NCBI RefSeq assembly: GCF_036365525.1
Contig: NC_090404.1
Span: forward strand, 6,448,001-6,512,000
From: Heterodontus francisci
Lineage: Eukaryota
DNA length: 64,000 bases
Direction: 5' to 3'
Shown: positions 10,837 through 22,100 of the stretch, one piece after another
Position numbering within the stretch: the first letter of the stretch is position 1
Layout of the letters: each line of letters opens with the position of its first letter
The notes under the pieces: generated by a model
Told to the model about the DNA's origin: nothing
Database searches by the model: none
What the model saw: the letters and a program-made list of their open reading frames with translations, nothing else
Position numbers and translations under genes: made by a program

Positions 10837-13800
10837 TTACACTGTGGTCTTTCCCCATTGAGCCTTTGCTGCGGCTGCCCCAAGCTTTAGTGCGTCCCTC
10901 AGCACGTAGTCCTGGACCTTGGAATGTGCCAGTCTGCAACATTCGGTGGTGGACAACTCTTTGCGCTGGAAGACCAGCAAGTTTCGGGCAGACCAAAGGG
11001 CGTCTTTCACCGAATTGATAGTCCTCCAGCAGCAGTTGATGTTTGTCTCGGTGTGCGTCCCTGGGAACAGCCCGTAGAGCACAGACTCCTGTGTTACAGA
11101 GCTGCTTGGGATGAACCTTGACAAAAACCACTGCATCTCTTTCCACACCTGCTTTGCAAAGGCACATTCCAGGAGGAGGTGGGCGACCGTCTCTTCCCCA
11201 CCACAACCAACGCGGGGGCACTGTGCGGAGGGGGCGAGACTTCGGGTGTGCATGAAGGATCTGACGGGGAGGGCCCTTCTCACCACCAGCCAAGCTACGT
11301 CTTGGTGCTTGTTTGAAAGTTCTGGTGATGAGGCATTCCGCCAAATGACTTTGACGGTCTGCTCGGGGAACCATCCGACAGGATCCACCGTTTCCTTTTC
11401 CCGTAGGGCCTTGAGGACATTCCGTGCAGACCACTGCCTGATGGACCGGTGGTCAAATGTGTTTTTCCGCAGAAACTGCTCCACGAAGGATAGGTGGTAC
11501 GGCGCCGCCCAACTGCACGGAGCGTTCCGCGGCAATGTGACCAGGCCCATCCTTCGCAACACCGGGGACAGATAGAACCTCAGCACGTAGTGACACTTGG
11601 AGTTTGCGTACTGGGGATCGACACATAGCTTGATGCAGCCGCACACGAAGGTGGTCATCAGGATGAGGGCCACGTTGGGTACATTTTTCCCGCCCTTGTC
11701 CAGAGATTTGAACATCGTGTCCCTCCGGACCCGGTCCATTTTAGATCCCCAGACGAAGCGGAAAATGGCTCGGGTGACTGCCACGGCGCAGGAGTGGGGT
11801 ATGGGCCAGACCTGCGCCACGTAGAGCAACAACGTGAGCGCCTCGCACCTGATGACCAGGTTCTTACCCACAATGGAGAGAGACCGCTGCCCCCACATGC
11901 CCAACTTTTGTCGTACCTTGGCTACTCGCTCCTCCCATGTTTTGGTGCACGCCCCGGCCCTTCCGAACCATATCCCCAGCACCTTCAGGTAATCTGACCT
12001 GACGGTGAAGGGGACAAAGGATCGGTCAGCCCAGTTCCCAAAGAACATGGCCTCGCTCTTGCCGTGGTTAACTTTGGCTCCCGAGGCCAGTTCGAACTGG
12101 TTGCAGATGCTCATCAGTCTGCGCACGGACAGCGGATCCGAGCAGAAGACGGCGACGTCATCCATGTACAGCGAGGTTTTGACCTGAGTGCCTCCGCTGC
12201 CTGGGATTGTCACCCCTCTTATGCTCGCATCCTTCCTAATAGACTCAGCAAAGGGTTCAATACAGCAAACAAACAAGACCGGGGAAAGAGGACAGCCCTG
12301 TCTGACTCCAGATTTGATCGGGAAACTTTCAGATTCCCACCCGTTGATTGACACTGCGCTACTGATGTTTGTGTAGAGCAGTTGGATCCAATTGCAGATT
12401 CCCTCCCCAAACCCCATTTTGGAAAGCACGTCCATCATGTAGGTGTGCGATATCCTGTCAAAAGCCTTCTCCTGGTCCAGGCTGATGAGGCAGGTGTCCA
12501 CCCTCCTGTCCCGTACGTAGGCGATCGTATCCCTGAGTAGCGCGAGGCTATCAGAGATCTTCCTGCCGGGTACAGTACAGGTCTGATCGGGGTGAATCAC
12601 CAGCTCCAGAGCAGACTTGACTCGACTGGCTATGACTTTGGACAGAATCTTGTAATCAACATTAAGCAGTGAGATGGGCCGCCAATTTCTGATTTCTACC
12701 CTCTCCCCCTTCTGCTTGTAAATGAGGGTGATGATGCCTTTTCTCATGGATTCTGACATGCTACCGGCCAGGAGCATACTCTCGTATACTTCCAGCAGGT
12801 CCGGGCCGACCCAGTCCCACAGGGCCGAGTACAACTCGACCGGTAAGCCGTCGCTCCCGGGAGTTTTACTTGCCTCGAAAGACTCGACGGCCTTTGTCAG
12901 CTCGTCCAGAGTTAGCGGCTTGTCCAGTCCCTCCCTCCTGCTGTCATCTAAGACCTCTGTGATAGATGACAGGAAGGACTGGGAGGCTCTGCTGTCTGTG
13001 GGCTTCGCGTCATACAGCCCAGCATAAAAGGATTTGCTGATCCTTAGTATGTCGGACTGCGAAGACGTTACCGAGCCATCTTCTTCCTTCAGGCTGCTGA
13101 TAACAGAGCTCTCTCTGTGTACCTTTTGGAAGAAGTAACGCGAGCACGTCTCATCCTGCTCGATGGAGCGGACTCTGGACCGGAAGATGATCTTGGAGGC
13201 CTCCTTGGCAAAGAGCGAGGCCTGCTGGCTCTTCACCTCTTGGAGGTCCTCCTTGACCTCGACCCCCATTGACTGCAACCGGAGTAGATTTTGCATAATT
13301 TTCTGGAGTCGGGACAGTTCCCTCTGTCTCTCTCTCGCCTTCTGAACACCTTTGTGGATGAAGAACCTCTTGATGTTCTCCTTAATCGCTTCCCACCAGT
13401 GAACTGGAGACTCAAAGAGGGGTTTCACGGTCCTCCAACCATTGTAATCCCTTTTGAGTTCCTCAACGTTCTCTGGGGTCAGCAGTGTCGCATTGAGCTT
13501 CCACGTCCCTCTGCCAACCCGCTGGTCGTCCTGTAAGTGACAGTCAGCCAGTAAGAGGCAGTGGTCGGAGAAGAACACCGGCTTGACGTCGGTGGATCCG
13601 ACCGTGACAGCATGGGAAACAAACAGGAAGTCAATCCTGGAACGGGCAGACCCGTCCGATCTTGACCATGTGTATCTGCGCTGCGCTCCGTCTGCAGGTT
13701 TGCTGAAGACGTCGTGCAGTTTGGCATCCTTAACTGTTTCCATGAGGAATCTGGACGTAGCGTCCAGTTTTCTGTCGTCACTGCCGGATCGTCCAGCCGC

Positions 13801-14244
13801 ATCGATGATGCAGTTGAAGTCACCGCCTAGGATGACCGGCCTGGACGTCGGCAGCAGCAGTGGGAGCTGCTGGAAGACGGTCAGCCGCTCGCTGCGTTGT
13901 ACCGGGGCGTACACGTTGATCAACCGGAGCGGAGCGTTGTTGTCCATCACGTCTGCTACGAGGAGGCGGCCGCCCACCACCTCCTTAACTTCGGAGATGG
14001 TGAAGTTACCTCCCCGCAGCAGAATACCCAGGCCGGAGGAACGGCAGTCATTACCCCCCGACCAGATCGATGGCCCGTGGGACCACCATCGCGACCACTG
14101 CCTGTAGGTGCTGAGGTGTGGTATTCCACACTCCTGCAGAAACAGTAGGTCAGCTTTGACCTTGGCAAGGTAATCCAAGGTTGAAACACATCGCGTAGTC
14201 GATTTAATGCTACGCACATTAATGGAAGCAATTCTTACACCCAT
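10837..14244 (-). CDS. Tx1 ORF2p: APE endonuclease, reverse transcriptase and C-terminal CCHC (zf-RVT), 1135 aa
   Basis: SINVRS, LQE, GGDFN, SRIDF, FSDH; NWRPISLLNVDYKIL, LDQEKAFDRISH, GVRQGCPLSP, YMDD; CPRVGCGGEETVAHLLLEC. Confidence 0.95.
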   Translation of the reverse strand: MGVRIASINVRSIKSTTRCVSTLDYLAKVKADLLFLQECGIPHLSTYRQWSRWWSHGPSIWSGGNDCRSSGLGILLRGGNFTISEVKEVVGGRLLVADVMDNNAPLRLINVYAPVQRSERLTVFQQLPLLLPTSRPVILGGDFNCIIDAAGRSGSDDRKLDATSRFLMETVKDAKLHDVFSKPADGAQRRYTWSRSDGSARSRIDFLFVSHAVTVGSTDVKPVFFSDHCLLLADCHLQDDQRVGRGTWKLNATLLTPENVEELKRDYNGWRTVKPLFESPVHWWEAIKENIKRFFIHKGVQKARERQRELSRLQKIMQNLLRLQSMGVEVKEDLQEVKSQQASLFAKEASKIIFRSRVRSIEQDETCSRYFFQKVHRESSVISSLKEEDGSVTSSQSDILRISKSFYAGLYDAKPTDSRASQSFLSSITEVLDDSRREGLDKPLTLDELTKAVESFEASKTPGSDGLPVELYSALWDWVGPDLLEVYESMLLAGSMSESMRKGIITLIYKQKGERVEIRNWRPISLLNVDYKILSKVIASRVKSALELVIHPDQTCTVPGRKISDSLALLRDTIAYVRDRRVDTCLISLDQEKAFDRISHTYMMDVLSKMGFGEGICNWIQLLYTNISSAVSINGWESESFPIKSGVRQGCPLSPVLFVCCIEPFAESIRKDASIRGVTIPGSGGTQVKTSLYMDDVAVFCSDPLSVRRLMSICNQFELASGAKVNHGKSEAMFFGNWADRSFVPFTVRSDYLKVLGIWFGRAGACTKTWEERVAKVRQKLGMWGQRSLSIVGKNLVIRCEALTLLLYVAQVWPIPHSCAVAVTRAIFRFVWGSKMDRVRRDTMFKSLDKGGKNVPNVALILMTTFVCGCIKLCVDPQYANSKCHYVLRFYLSPVLRRMGLVTLPRNAPCSWAAPYHLSFVEQFLRKNTFDHRSIRQWSARNVLKALREKETVDPVGWFPEQTVKVIWRNASSPELSNKHQDVAWLVVRRALPVRSFMHTRSLAPSAQCPRVGCGGEETVAHLLLECAFAKQVWKEMQWFLSRFIPSSSVTQESVLYGLFPGTHTETNINCCWRTINSVKDALWSARNLLVFQRKELSTTECCRLAHSKVQDYVLRDALKLGAAAAKAQWGKTTV

Positions 14245-14257
14245 TTTTTACTAAAAA

Positions 14258-15784
14258 TTAGTTGTTGCTTCCCATACCATTTGTCCTCGCTAGTCCCAGT
14301 CCTTCCCCTTCGGGATGTTCCTGCATACCCATCGTATGCGCAAGCAGTTTCACGTTGGTTGGGCTCAGAAACCCCTCCTGATTTTTCCTGCAGGGTTTGT
14401 GCCGCTCGGGTGACATCGGGGGGGTCTTGTAGGCAGAGAGGATTGGGTTGTCCTCAGCTGCTTCCATCTGTTCCTCCTCGAAAACATCACAGCTCCCGGT
14501 CTCCCGGAGCTCAGGTGCGCCAGACGTGTCTTTGCTCCCGGTGTCCCGGAGCTGAGATGCGTTGGCCACGTCGTTACGTGTGGGGAATTGGGGTTGGGGC
14601 ACGCCGGGCCCATCACAGCTTCCAGTGCCCGGGGGCTGGGATGCTTGATCATCCATCTCGGAGTTCTGCCGCCTCTTTTGAAGGGGCTGTCGTTCCAGCA
14701 TTTCCCCGTCCAGTGAAGAGGAGTTGTTGCAGTCTGATTCAGAAGAAAGCCTCCTCTTGCCACTGGTTTGGGTGGTGGCTTTGGGATGTTTTTTCTTTGT
14801 GGTTTTCCTCTGGACCACTTGCCACTGACCTGTTTGTCCATCTGCTGCCTCCTCCTCCATTGATTCTGTCTGTGGAGGAGGGGTTTCCGGGCGCTGGGTA
14901 GGTGCTGGGTCGTTGGTTTCAGCCGCCTCCCCTTCCTTCTCAGGTTGAAGTTCCTCACTGCGGAGAAGGTTGCTGGTCTCCTTTCGAACAGCGGACGCCT
15001 TCGTCGAACCTTCGCCCTGCCATTCCTTGGACCTTGCCGCCTGAGCATAGCTGAGACAACGTTTGGGGCAGGTCTTGTAGAGATGGCCTGCCGCACCGCA
15101 CAAGTTGCAACACTTAGTCTGCTTACAGTCCTTGGTCTGATGGCCTTCCTCCTTGCAGTTCTTGCAAACAACCGTGCTGCAGTTGGCTGCCATGTGACCA
15201 GATTTGCCACAGGTGCGACAAACTCTGGGCTGCCCAGCGTAGACCAAGAAGCCTCGACTTCCCCCGATAGCGAAGCTGGAGGGAGGGTGGATGATGGCTC
15301 CACTGGGATCTACCTTCAAGGTCACCTTGACCTGCCGCTTGCTGGTCCAGATCCCAAAGGGGTCCTTGACATCAGTGCTGCTGCCGGCCACCTCGACGTA
15401 CCTGGCGAGAAAGGTGAGTACATCCACCACCGGAACATGGGGGTTGTAGAGGTGGATCGTCACCACCCGGTCCCGTTGTGACGGAAGCGTGAAGAGCGGC
15501 TCCGCTGTGAGGATCGACAGTGGAGCCCGGTCCCCTTTCTCCTTGAACGCCTTCAGGAACTTGATGCATCCCGCCACGTTCCGGAACGTCACGTCGAAGT
15601 ATCCACTGCTGGGGAAATCCTGCAGGCAGAAGACATCCGTCGCTTGAAATCCGCAGCAATCGAAGAGAATTTTCTTGATGAAGAAGGTGCGATCGACCGG
15701 TGCATCTCCTTCCTTGTCCTTCACGACCACCCGAACGGTGTTGCGCACTCCCTGGCCCGAAGCTCGAAAATTGGTTATAGCCAT
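14258..15784 (-). CDS. Tx1 ORF1p: gag-like nucleic-acid chaperone with three CCHC knuckles (ZCCHC3-like), 508 aa from ATG
   Basis: CRTCGKSGHMAANC, CKNCKEEGHQTKDC, CNLCGAAGHLYKTC, followed by a low-complexity tail; first ATG at 15784. Confidence 0.9.
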   Translation of the reverse strand: MAITNFRASGQGVRNTVRVVVKDKEGDAPVDRTFFIKKILFDCCGFQATDVFCLQDFPSSGYFDVTFRNVAGCIKFLKAFKEKGDRAPLSILTAEPLFTLPSQRDRVVTIHLYNPHVPVVDVLTFLARYVEVAGSSTDVKDPFGIWTSKRQVKVTLKVDPSGAIIHPPSSFAIGGSRGFLVYAGQPRVCRTCGKSGHMAANCSTVVCKNCKEEGHQTKDCKQTKCCNLCGAAGHLYKTCPKRCLSYAQAARSKEWQGEGSTKASAVRKETSNLLRSEELQPEKEGEAAETNDPAPTQRPETPPPQTESMEEEAADGQTGQWQVVQRKTTKKKHPKATTQTSGKRRLSSESDCNNSSSLDGEMLERQPLQKRRQNSEMDDQASQPPGTGSCDGPGVPQPQFPTRNDVANASQLRDTGSKDTSGAPELRETGSCDVFEEEQMEAAEDNPILSAYKTPPMSPERHKPCRKNQEGFLSPTNVKLLAHTMGMQEHPEGEGLGLARTNGMGSNN

Positions 15785-16269
15785 TTTACTCAAAGCTTCC
15801 CCAGGATCAAAAGGCAATGATCATGGTCTCTTCTCAATCGAAGCACCCTTGAATTCCCACATAGTGCAGGAGGAGCATACCACGGGGCTGAGCTCACCTG
15901 CCATGACTTACCTTTAAATTAATTTAGTTACTCCCTTTAAAAAGTACTAATTACACGAGAGGTCTTGTTCTACTCCAAAAACTACCCACTACAATCTAAA
16001 GTCCTTAATAAATTACTTTAATTTAAGTAGTACTACTCACCTTATCACTTGAGGTTTTTAAAAAAAAAACTTCCCTTTTTTTAAGCAATTTAAATATACT
16101 AACAGCTGTTACTTACCCAACCAATCACCTTGCAGAATTTCCGTGATGTCACTGTAATTTCTTTCTTATTATTTCCGAGTCTCAATGCGCGCTGAGAGAT
16201 ACAGAGAGCCTGCCGCCGCTCCGGGTCAGATTCCTCACAGGTCCGCCAACCGCCGCACCGCTCTCAGGT

Positions 16270-16790
16270 AAGTTGTCCCTAATGGGCGCTACTCTTTCCT
16301 TGGTTATCCTCTTGCCCTTAATATACTTATAAAACGCCTTGGGATTTTCCTTTATCTTGCCCGTCAGTGTTTTTTCATGCCCCCTCTTCGCTCTCCTAAT
16401 TACATTTTAACTACCCACCAAACACGTTCTATACTCCTCTAGTGCCTCTGCTGTTTTCAGCCCTCTGAATCTGCCATAAGCCTCTTTTTTTTCCCTTCTC
16501 CAATCTTCCATATACCTTGACATCCAAGGTTCCCTGGACTTGTTGGTCCCACCCTTCACCTTAACGAGTACATGTTGGCTCTGAACTCTCACTATTTCCT
16601 TTTTGAATGACTCCCACGTAGTCCTCTGCCTCGTGGATGCACAACAGTGACTCCAGCCGCCGCTCGAGTTCTGAAACCCAGAGCTCAAGCTTCTACAGCT
16701 GGTGATACTTCCTGCAGATGTGTTTGTCTGGGACACATAATGCATCCATGACTTCCCACATACTTCAGGATGGACATTCCACTTGGCCGA
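16270..16790 (-). mobile_element. CR1 fragments (ORF2 linker and ORF1 zinc finger)
   Basis: WESFKKEIVRVQ...EPWMSR; similar to 52840-53180. Confidence 0.7.
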
Positions 16791-18249
16791 GCTGATCTGC
16801 CATAACGTAGCTTTGAAATTAAACTGTAAAATTAATTTGACAATGAAAATAATACACGTGAGTGTTAATTTGGCTTTATATCACCTTCCAGTAGCATTGT
16901 CCTGTCCTGTGCTGTCGGTGCTGGGTCAGGCCCTGTCCAGCTCCACCAGCCCAGGTAACATGGGCTATCTTGACATCCATGTGTGAGAATGACAATCCTG
17001 GATCTGATTTGCTCCAAATTAAGCTTCATGTTTAATTGAAGGGCCTTATTTTACTCCTGGAGTGTGTTTTCCGGAATTCCATGTTGTATTGATGTGTGCA
17101 TGGGAGGATTATTGTTACTGTGACACATACTGTGTCCACCCATTGACCTCCGTAGACTCACCATCACCTCACAGTCAGGGACATGTTATTATTTGATGCC
17201 CATATGCCAGGAAGCCATCGCGCTTCTCTTTGCCATTCCCTCCCACACCGGTCTGCTCGCCACTTCCCGTTCCTCAGCCACTCGCTCCCTGCCTTGCTGC
17301 TGCCTTCCATCAGCCTCTCATTCCCGCCTGATGGCTTTTATCTGAATTATAGCCCAGAACCCATTTGCACTGCTGTAATTGTGCAAGAGAATAAATCACA
17401 CACATCTATTTCCAAAACCAATGTGTTAGAATAAGTATCATACAAAGAGCGAATTGAAAGATGCCTGACAATGAGATTATTCGGTTCTGTACTAGCACAG
17501 GTACTGTTGGGGGTGGGATGGAGGCAGCAATCGCAGACACTGGGGATTTGGGTTTAAGGCTGCATTTGCTTTTTGTGACAAATTGAGCACCATCTTTATT
17601 ACTGGCAGCTGCCTGAGAGATCGCAGAGAGTGACGTTTCAGTGGATGAGGCTGAATTTGCGCACGGTGCCAGTCCTGGGCCACCTAGTGGTTTGGTTGTC
17701 TACAAACACATTCGGTTTCAGTGTCACTGCTGGATCCACCACTCAAAGCTTCTGGGAATTAGCAGCCTCTTTTCTCATCTCCACCACTTCATCATCTCTC
17801 CTCCTCTTCCACCTTGAGTTTGTTCCATATTTTGGGCTGTGATCCTTCCCCTGGAGTCTCAGTATGAACTGGTGGGAAGTGTTTTGAGGCAGGATGTCCC
17901 AACCTCTCCACATTTGGATTCTCAGTATGGACTCGCGGGATTTTTTTTTTTTGAGACAGTATGTCCAGCTCTCCAACTTAAAAGGGACAAGGAGAGGACC
18001 AGCTGGGTTGAATGGCGCTGCTCTTTGACTTCACTGCAGTGCCAAATAACCAACCTCCCTCAGCTCTGCTGATTATGGCCTGGGAGATTGATGGGGCAGT
18101 GTGGCAGGAGCTTTATTCTGTACCTAATATATGCTGTAACAGCCCTGGGAGTTTTCCACATTAGAACATTTGCTTCAAATACACTGACCGTTGGAAAAGT
18201 TTTCAAAGATCAATGCATTCTCACTGCAGAGAGGCTTTGTAGCAAGACT

Positions 18250-18400
18250 GCACCTGCTGAGAAACGAATGGGTTCACATGTGACTGCAGAGGTTGGATTC
18301 TGCTCTTACTAATCATAGCCAGAACAGCACCTTGGCAGAGAGGCCACTGATTTGGGTTTGTGTGTGAAGTGTTGTGTTAATTAATTCCATCTCAACAGAA
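18250..18400 (+). pseudogene. Relic of a ZNF last finger and 3'UTR
   Basis: cacctgctgagaaac...gttcacatgtgactgcagaggttggattctgct resembles the ZNF stop/3'UTR at 38175-38230 and 41220-41260. Confidence 0.5.
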
Positions 18401-18439
18401 CAAATTATTTTCATCCACTGATTCATACTACAGGAGCCT

Positions 18440-18770
18440 AGTGCGCAGTCACGGACTGGTCTAACTGGAGCATGCGCAGTATCACTTTGATCGCAGTCAT
18501 GCGAGTGTTGGATATGCTTTTGCAGCAGATGAGTGTTGGCGAGGCGCAGGGGAGTAATGGAGCCAGTGGGTGAGCGGGGAGGCTTCAGAAACATCTGGTG
18601 TAGGTCGCAAGCCCCGAATAAGAACCTCAAGGATCTGGGTTTGCACCTCCGGGGCTTTTTCCCGAGAACGAGTTCAGGTTGAGGGTGGAGCAAAGCGAAT
18701 GCGTGGCCATCTTGGTGACGACACATAGTGGGCGGGGCTTCAGGGTCTCAGTGACCAGGATAGAAACAAG
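18440..18770 (+). promoter_or_regulatory. ZNF-cluster CpG promoter module (inverted paralog of 28110-28380)
   Basis: gcatgcgcag (NRF1-like), gccatcttg (YY1-like), gggcggggc (GC box), ctttgatc; reverse complement aligns with 28110-28380. Confidence 0.65.
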
Positions 18771-19104
18771 ATGCACTGCAGCAACACACCAAGGCTCCTT
18801 CGACAGCACCTTCCAAACCCACGACCTCTACCTCCTAGAAGGATAAGAGCACCAAATTCATGGGACACCACCATCAGCAAGTTCCCCTCCAAGCCACACA
18901 TCATCCTGACTTGGAACTATATCACCGTTCCTTCACTGTAGCTGGGTCAAAATCGTGGAATTCCCTTCCTAACAGCACTGTGGATGTACCTACACCCCAC
19001 GAACTGCAGCGGTTCATGAAGGCAGCTCACCACCACCTTCTCAAGGGCAATTAAGGATGGGCAACAGCAACGCCCACATCCCCCAAATGAATAAATAAAT
19101 AAAA
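18768..19104 (+). mobile_element. LINE 3'-end copy (same family as 8860-9207)
   Basis: Near-identical tail ending in gaataaataaataaaa. Confidence 0.8.
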
Positions 19105-19127
19105 GTCTCCTCCTGTCTGATATAAAC

Positions 19128-22100
19128 AGTACGATATTAGGTGGGGTCAGAGTAAGAGAGAAGTTAATTAAGTCTCAATCAGGGATAATTTGCATGTATG
19201 TGAATGCATGGAGTGTACTTAATAAGATTGGTGAGGTACAGGTGCAGATTGCCATGTGGAAATATGATGTTGTGGCGAGAACAGAGACCTGGCTCAAAGA
19301 TGGGCAGGACTGGGTGTGAAATGTTCCTGGATACAGGGTACTCAGGAAAGATAGGAAAGGGAAAATTGGGGGAGGGGTGGTGGTATTGATTAAGGAGCGC
19401 ATTGTCGTGCCGGAGAAAAAGGATGTCGCTGAGGGGTTAAGGAGAGAACCAATTTGGCTAGAGTTTATGAACAAATAAGGTGTGGTTACATTGCTCGGTG
19501 TGGTCTATAGGCCACCAGCGAGTGAGAAAGATGTGGAGGAACAAATTTGCAAGGAAATTAGAGAGGTGCAAAAATTATAGGGTAGTTATAATGAGGGACT
19601 TTAATTATCCAAACATAGACTGGGATAGTAGTGTAAAGGGCAGTGAGGGGCAAGAGTTGCTAGAGTGCATTCAGGAAAATTTTCCACAGTATGTTTCTAG
19701 TCCAACGAGAAAGGAGGCGCTGCTAGACCTGGTTCTTGGGAATGAGGTGGGCCAAGTGGATCAAGTATCAGTAGGAAATCAATTAGGGGACAGTGATCAT
19801 CGTATCATAAGGTTTAGGCTGATTCAAGAAAAGGACAAAGAACAATCCAGAGTAAGAATAATTAACTGGGGGAAAACAAACTTTATGGAGCTGGGACAAT
19901 TAAATTGGAGTGAAAGGTTGGCAGGAAGAACAGTAGCTGAACAATGGGCTATCTTCAAAGAGATAGTTCAGGCACAGTCGAGATATGTTTCCTCCAAGGG
20001 GAAAAGTAAGGTAAACAAATCCAGAGCTCCCTGGATGACAAAAGAGGTAGAGATTAAGATAAAGAAGAAAATGTGTGCTTATGACAGATGCCAGGTAGAA
20101 AATACTATTGAGAACCAGGCTGAATATAGAAGGTCCAGAGGGGAAGTAAAAAAGCAAATAAGAGAAGCAAAGAGAGAGCATGAAGAGAGACTGACAGCTA
20201 ACACTAAAGAGAATCCCAAAGTTTTCGATAGACAGATAAATAGTAAAAGGGTGGTAAAAGGAGGAGTGGGGCCAATTAGGGACCATAAAGGGGACTTACA
20301 CAACCCAGGCAATGGTGAAAGAGGAGGTAATCCAGGCACTAGAAGGGTTTAAAATTGATTTTAAAAAAGACATATTAAATAGACTGTCTGTACTTAGTGG
20401 ATAAAGCACCAGGAACGGATGAGATGCAGCCAAGGATCCTGAGGAAAGTGTGGGTGGAAATGGCAGAGGCACTGGCTATAATTTTTCAGTTTTCCTTAGA
20501 CTCGGAGGTAATGCCAGAGGACTGGAGAATTGCAAACGTTACACCCTTGTTCAAAAAAAGTTGTAAAGAAAACCCAGCAACTGCAGGCCGGTCAGTTTAA
20601 CTTCGGTCATGGGAAAACTTCTGGAAAAAATAATTTGGTACAAAATTAATAGTCACATGGACAAATGTGGAGTAATTAAGGAAAGCCAGCATGGATTTCT
20701 TAAGGGAAAATAATGTTTAACGAACTTGCTGGGTTTTTTTGAAGAGGTAACAGAGAGGGTTTATGAGGGCAATGCTGTTGAGATGGTGTACATGGACTTT
20801 CAAAAGGCGTTTGATACAGTGCCACACAATAGACTTGTGAGCAAAGTTATAGTTCATGGAATAAAGGGATGGTAGCAACATGGATACGAAATTGGCTGAG
20901 TGGCAGGAAACAAAGAATAGTGGGTAATTGATGTTTTCGGACTGGAGAAAGGTTTGTAGTGGAGTTCCCAGGGATCAGTGTTAGGATCCTTGCTTTTTCT
21001 GATGTATATTTATGATCTAGAGCCTGGTGTACAGAGCACAATTTCAAAGCTGGCGGATGATATGAAACTTGGAAGCATTGTGAACAGTGAGGAGGATAGT
21101 GGGTGGAAGTCAGAAACAGGAAAGGAGCAGTCACTTTATTGGGAGTTTTCTATAGACCACCACCACCCCCCCCTCCCCCATAGCAACAGAGACACGGAGG
21201 AACAGATTGGGAGGCAGATTTTTGAAAGGTGCAGAAGTAACAGGGTTGTTGTCATGGGTGACTTCAACTTCCCTAATATTGATTAGAACCTCCTTAGTGC
21301 AAATAGTTTGGATGGAGCAGATTTTGTCAGGTGTGTCCAGGAAGGTTTCCTGACTCAAGATATAGATAGGCCGACTAGAGGGGAGGCTATGTTGGATTTG
21401 GTGCTTGGCAACGAACCAGGCCAGGTGGCAGATCTCTCGGTGGGAGAGCATTTCGGTGATAGTGATCACAACTCCCTGACCTTTATGATAGTCATGGAGA
21501 GGGACAGGAGCAGACGGGATGGGAAAATATTTAATTGGGGGAGGGGGAATTACAATGCTATTAGGCAGGAACTGGGGAGCTTAAATTGGGAACAGAAGTT
21601 CTCAGGGAAATGCACGACAGAAATGTGGAGGTTGCTTAGGGAGCACTTGCTGCGACTGCTGGATAGGTTTGTCCCGATGAGGCAAGGAAGGGATGGTAGG
21701 GTGAAGTAACCTTGGATGACAAGAGATGTGGAACAGCTAGTCAAGAGGAAGAAGAAAGCTTACTTAAGGTTGAGGAAGCAAGGATCAGGCAGGGCTCTAG
21801 AGGGTTACAAGGTAGCCAGGAAGGAACTGAAGAATGGACTTAGAAACAGGCTGATATGCTCGAACAGGTTGATGTTAAGAAGGAGGCTGTGCTGGAAATT
21901 TTGAAAGACATGAGGATAGATAAGTCCCCGGGGCCAGACGGGATATACCCAAGGTTATTACGGGAAGCGAGGGAAGAGATTGCCGCACCTTTGGCGATGA
22001 TCTTTATGTCCTCACTATCCACTGGAGTAGTACCAGAAGATTGGAGGGTGGCAAATGTTATTCCCTTGTTCAAGAAAGGGAATAGGGATAACCCTGGGAA

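Larger units (their letters stand above)
10565..15839 (-). mobile_element. Apparently intact Tx1-clade L1 non-LTR retrotransposon
   Basis: Two open ORFs, a poly(A) tail (T-run at 10563-10573) with AATAAA signals, and TSD gaagcacccttgaatt at 10549-10564 and 15840-15855. Confidence 0.95.
9208..16270 (-). mobile_element. CR1 LINE 5' half (5'UTR, ORF1, APE start), split by the Tx1 insertion
   Basis: ORF1 start MAGELSPVVCSSCTMWEFKG at 15904 continues at ~10550 (HVCRKC); LSNRYTALDTV follows; APE motifs IAITETWL, YYRPP, VGDFNFP at 9205-9605. Confidence 0.85.

Noticed and set aside
10772-15917. Many antisense and alternative-frame ORFs, e.g. 14365-15303 and 10772-11434
   Set aside because: Shadows of GC-rich Tx1 coding sequence with no recognisable motifs
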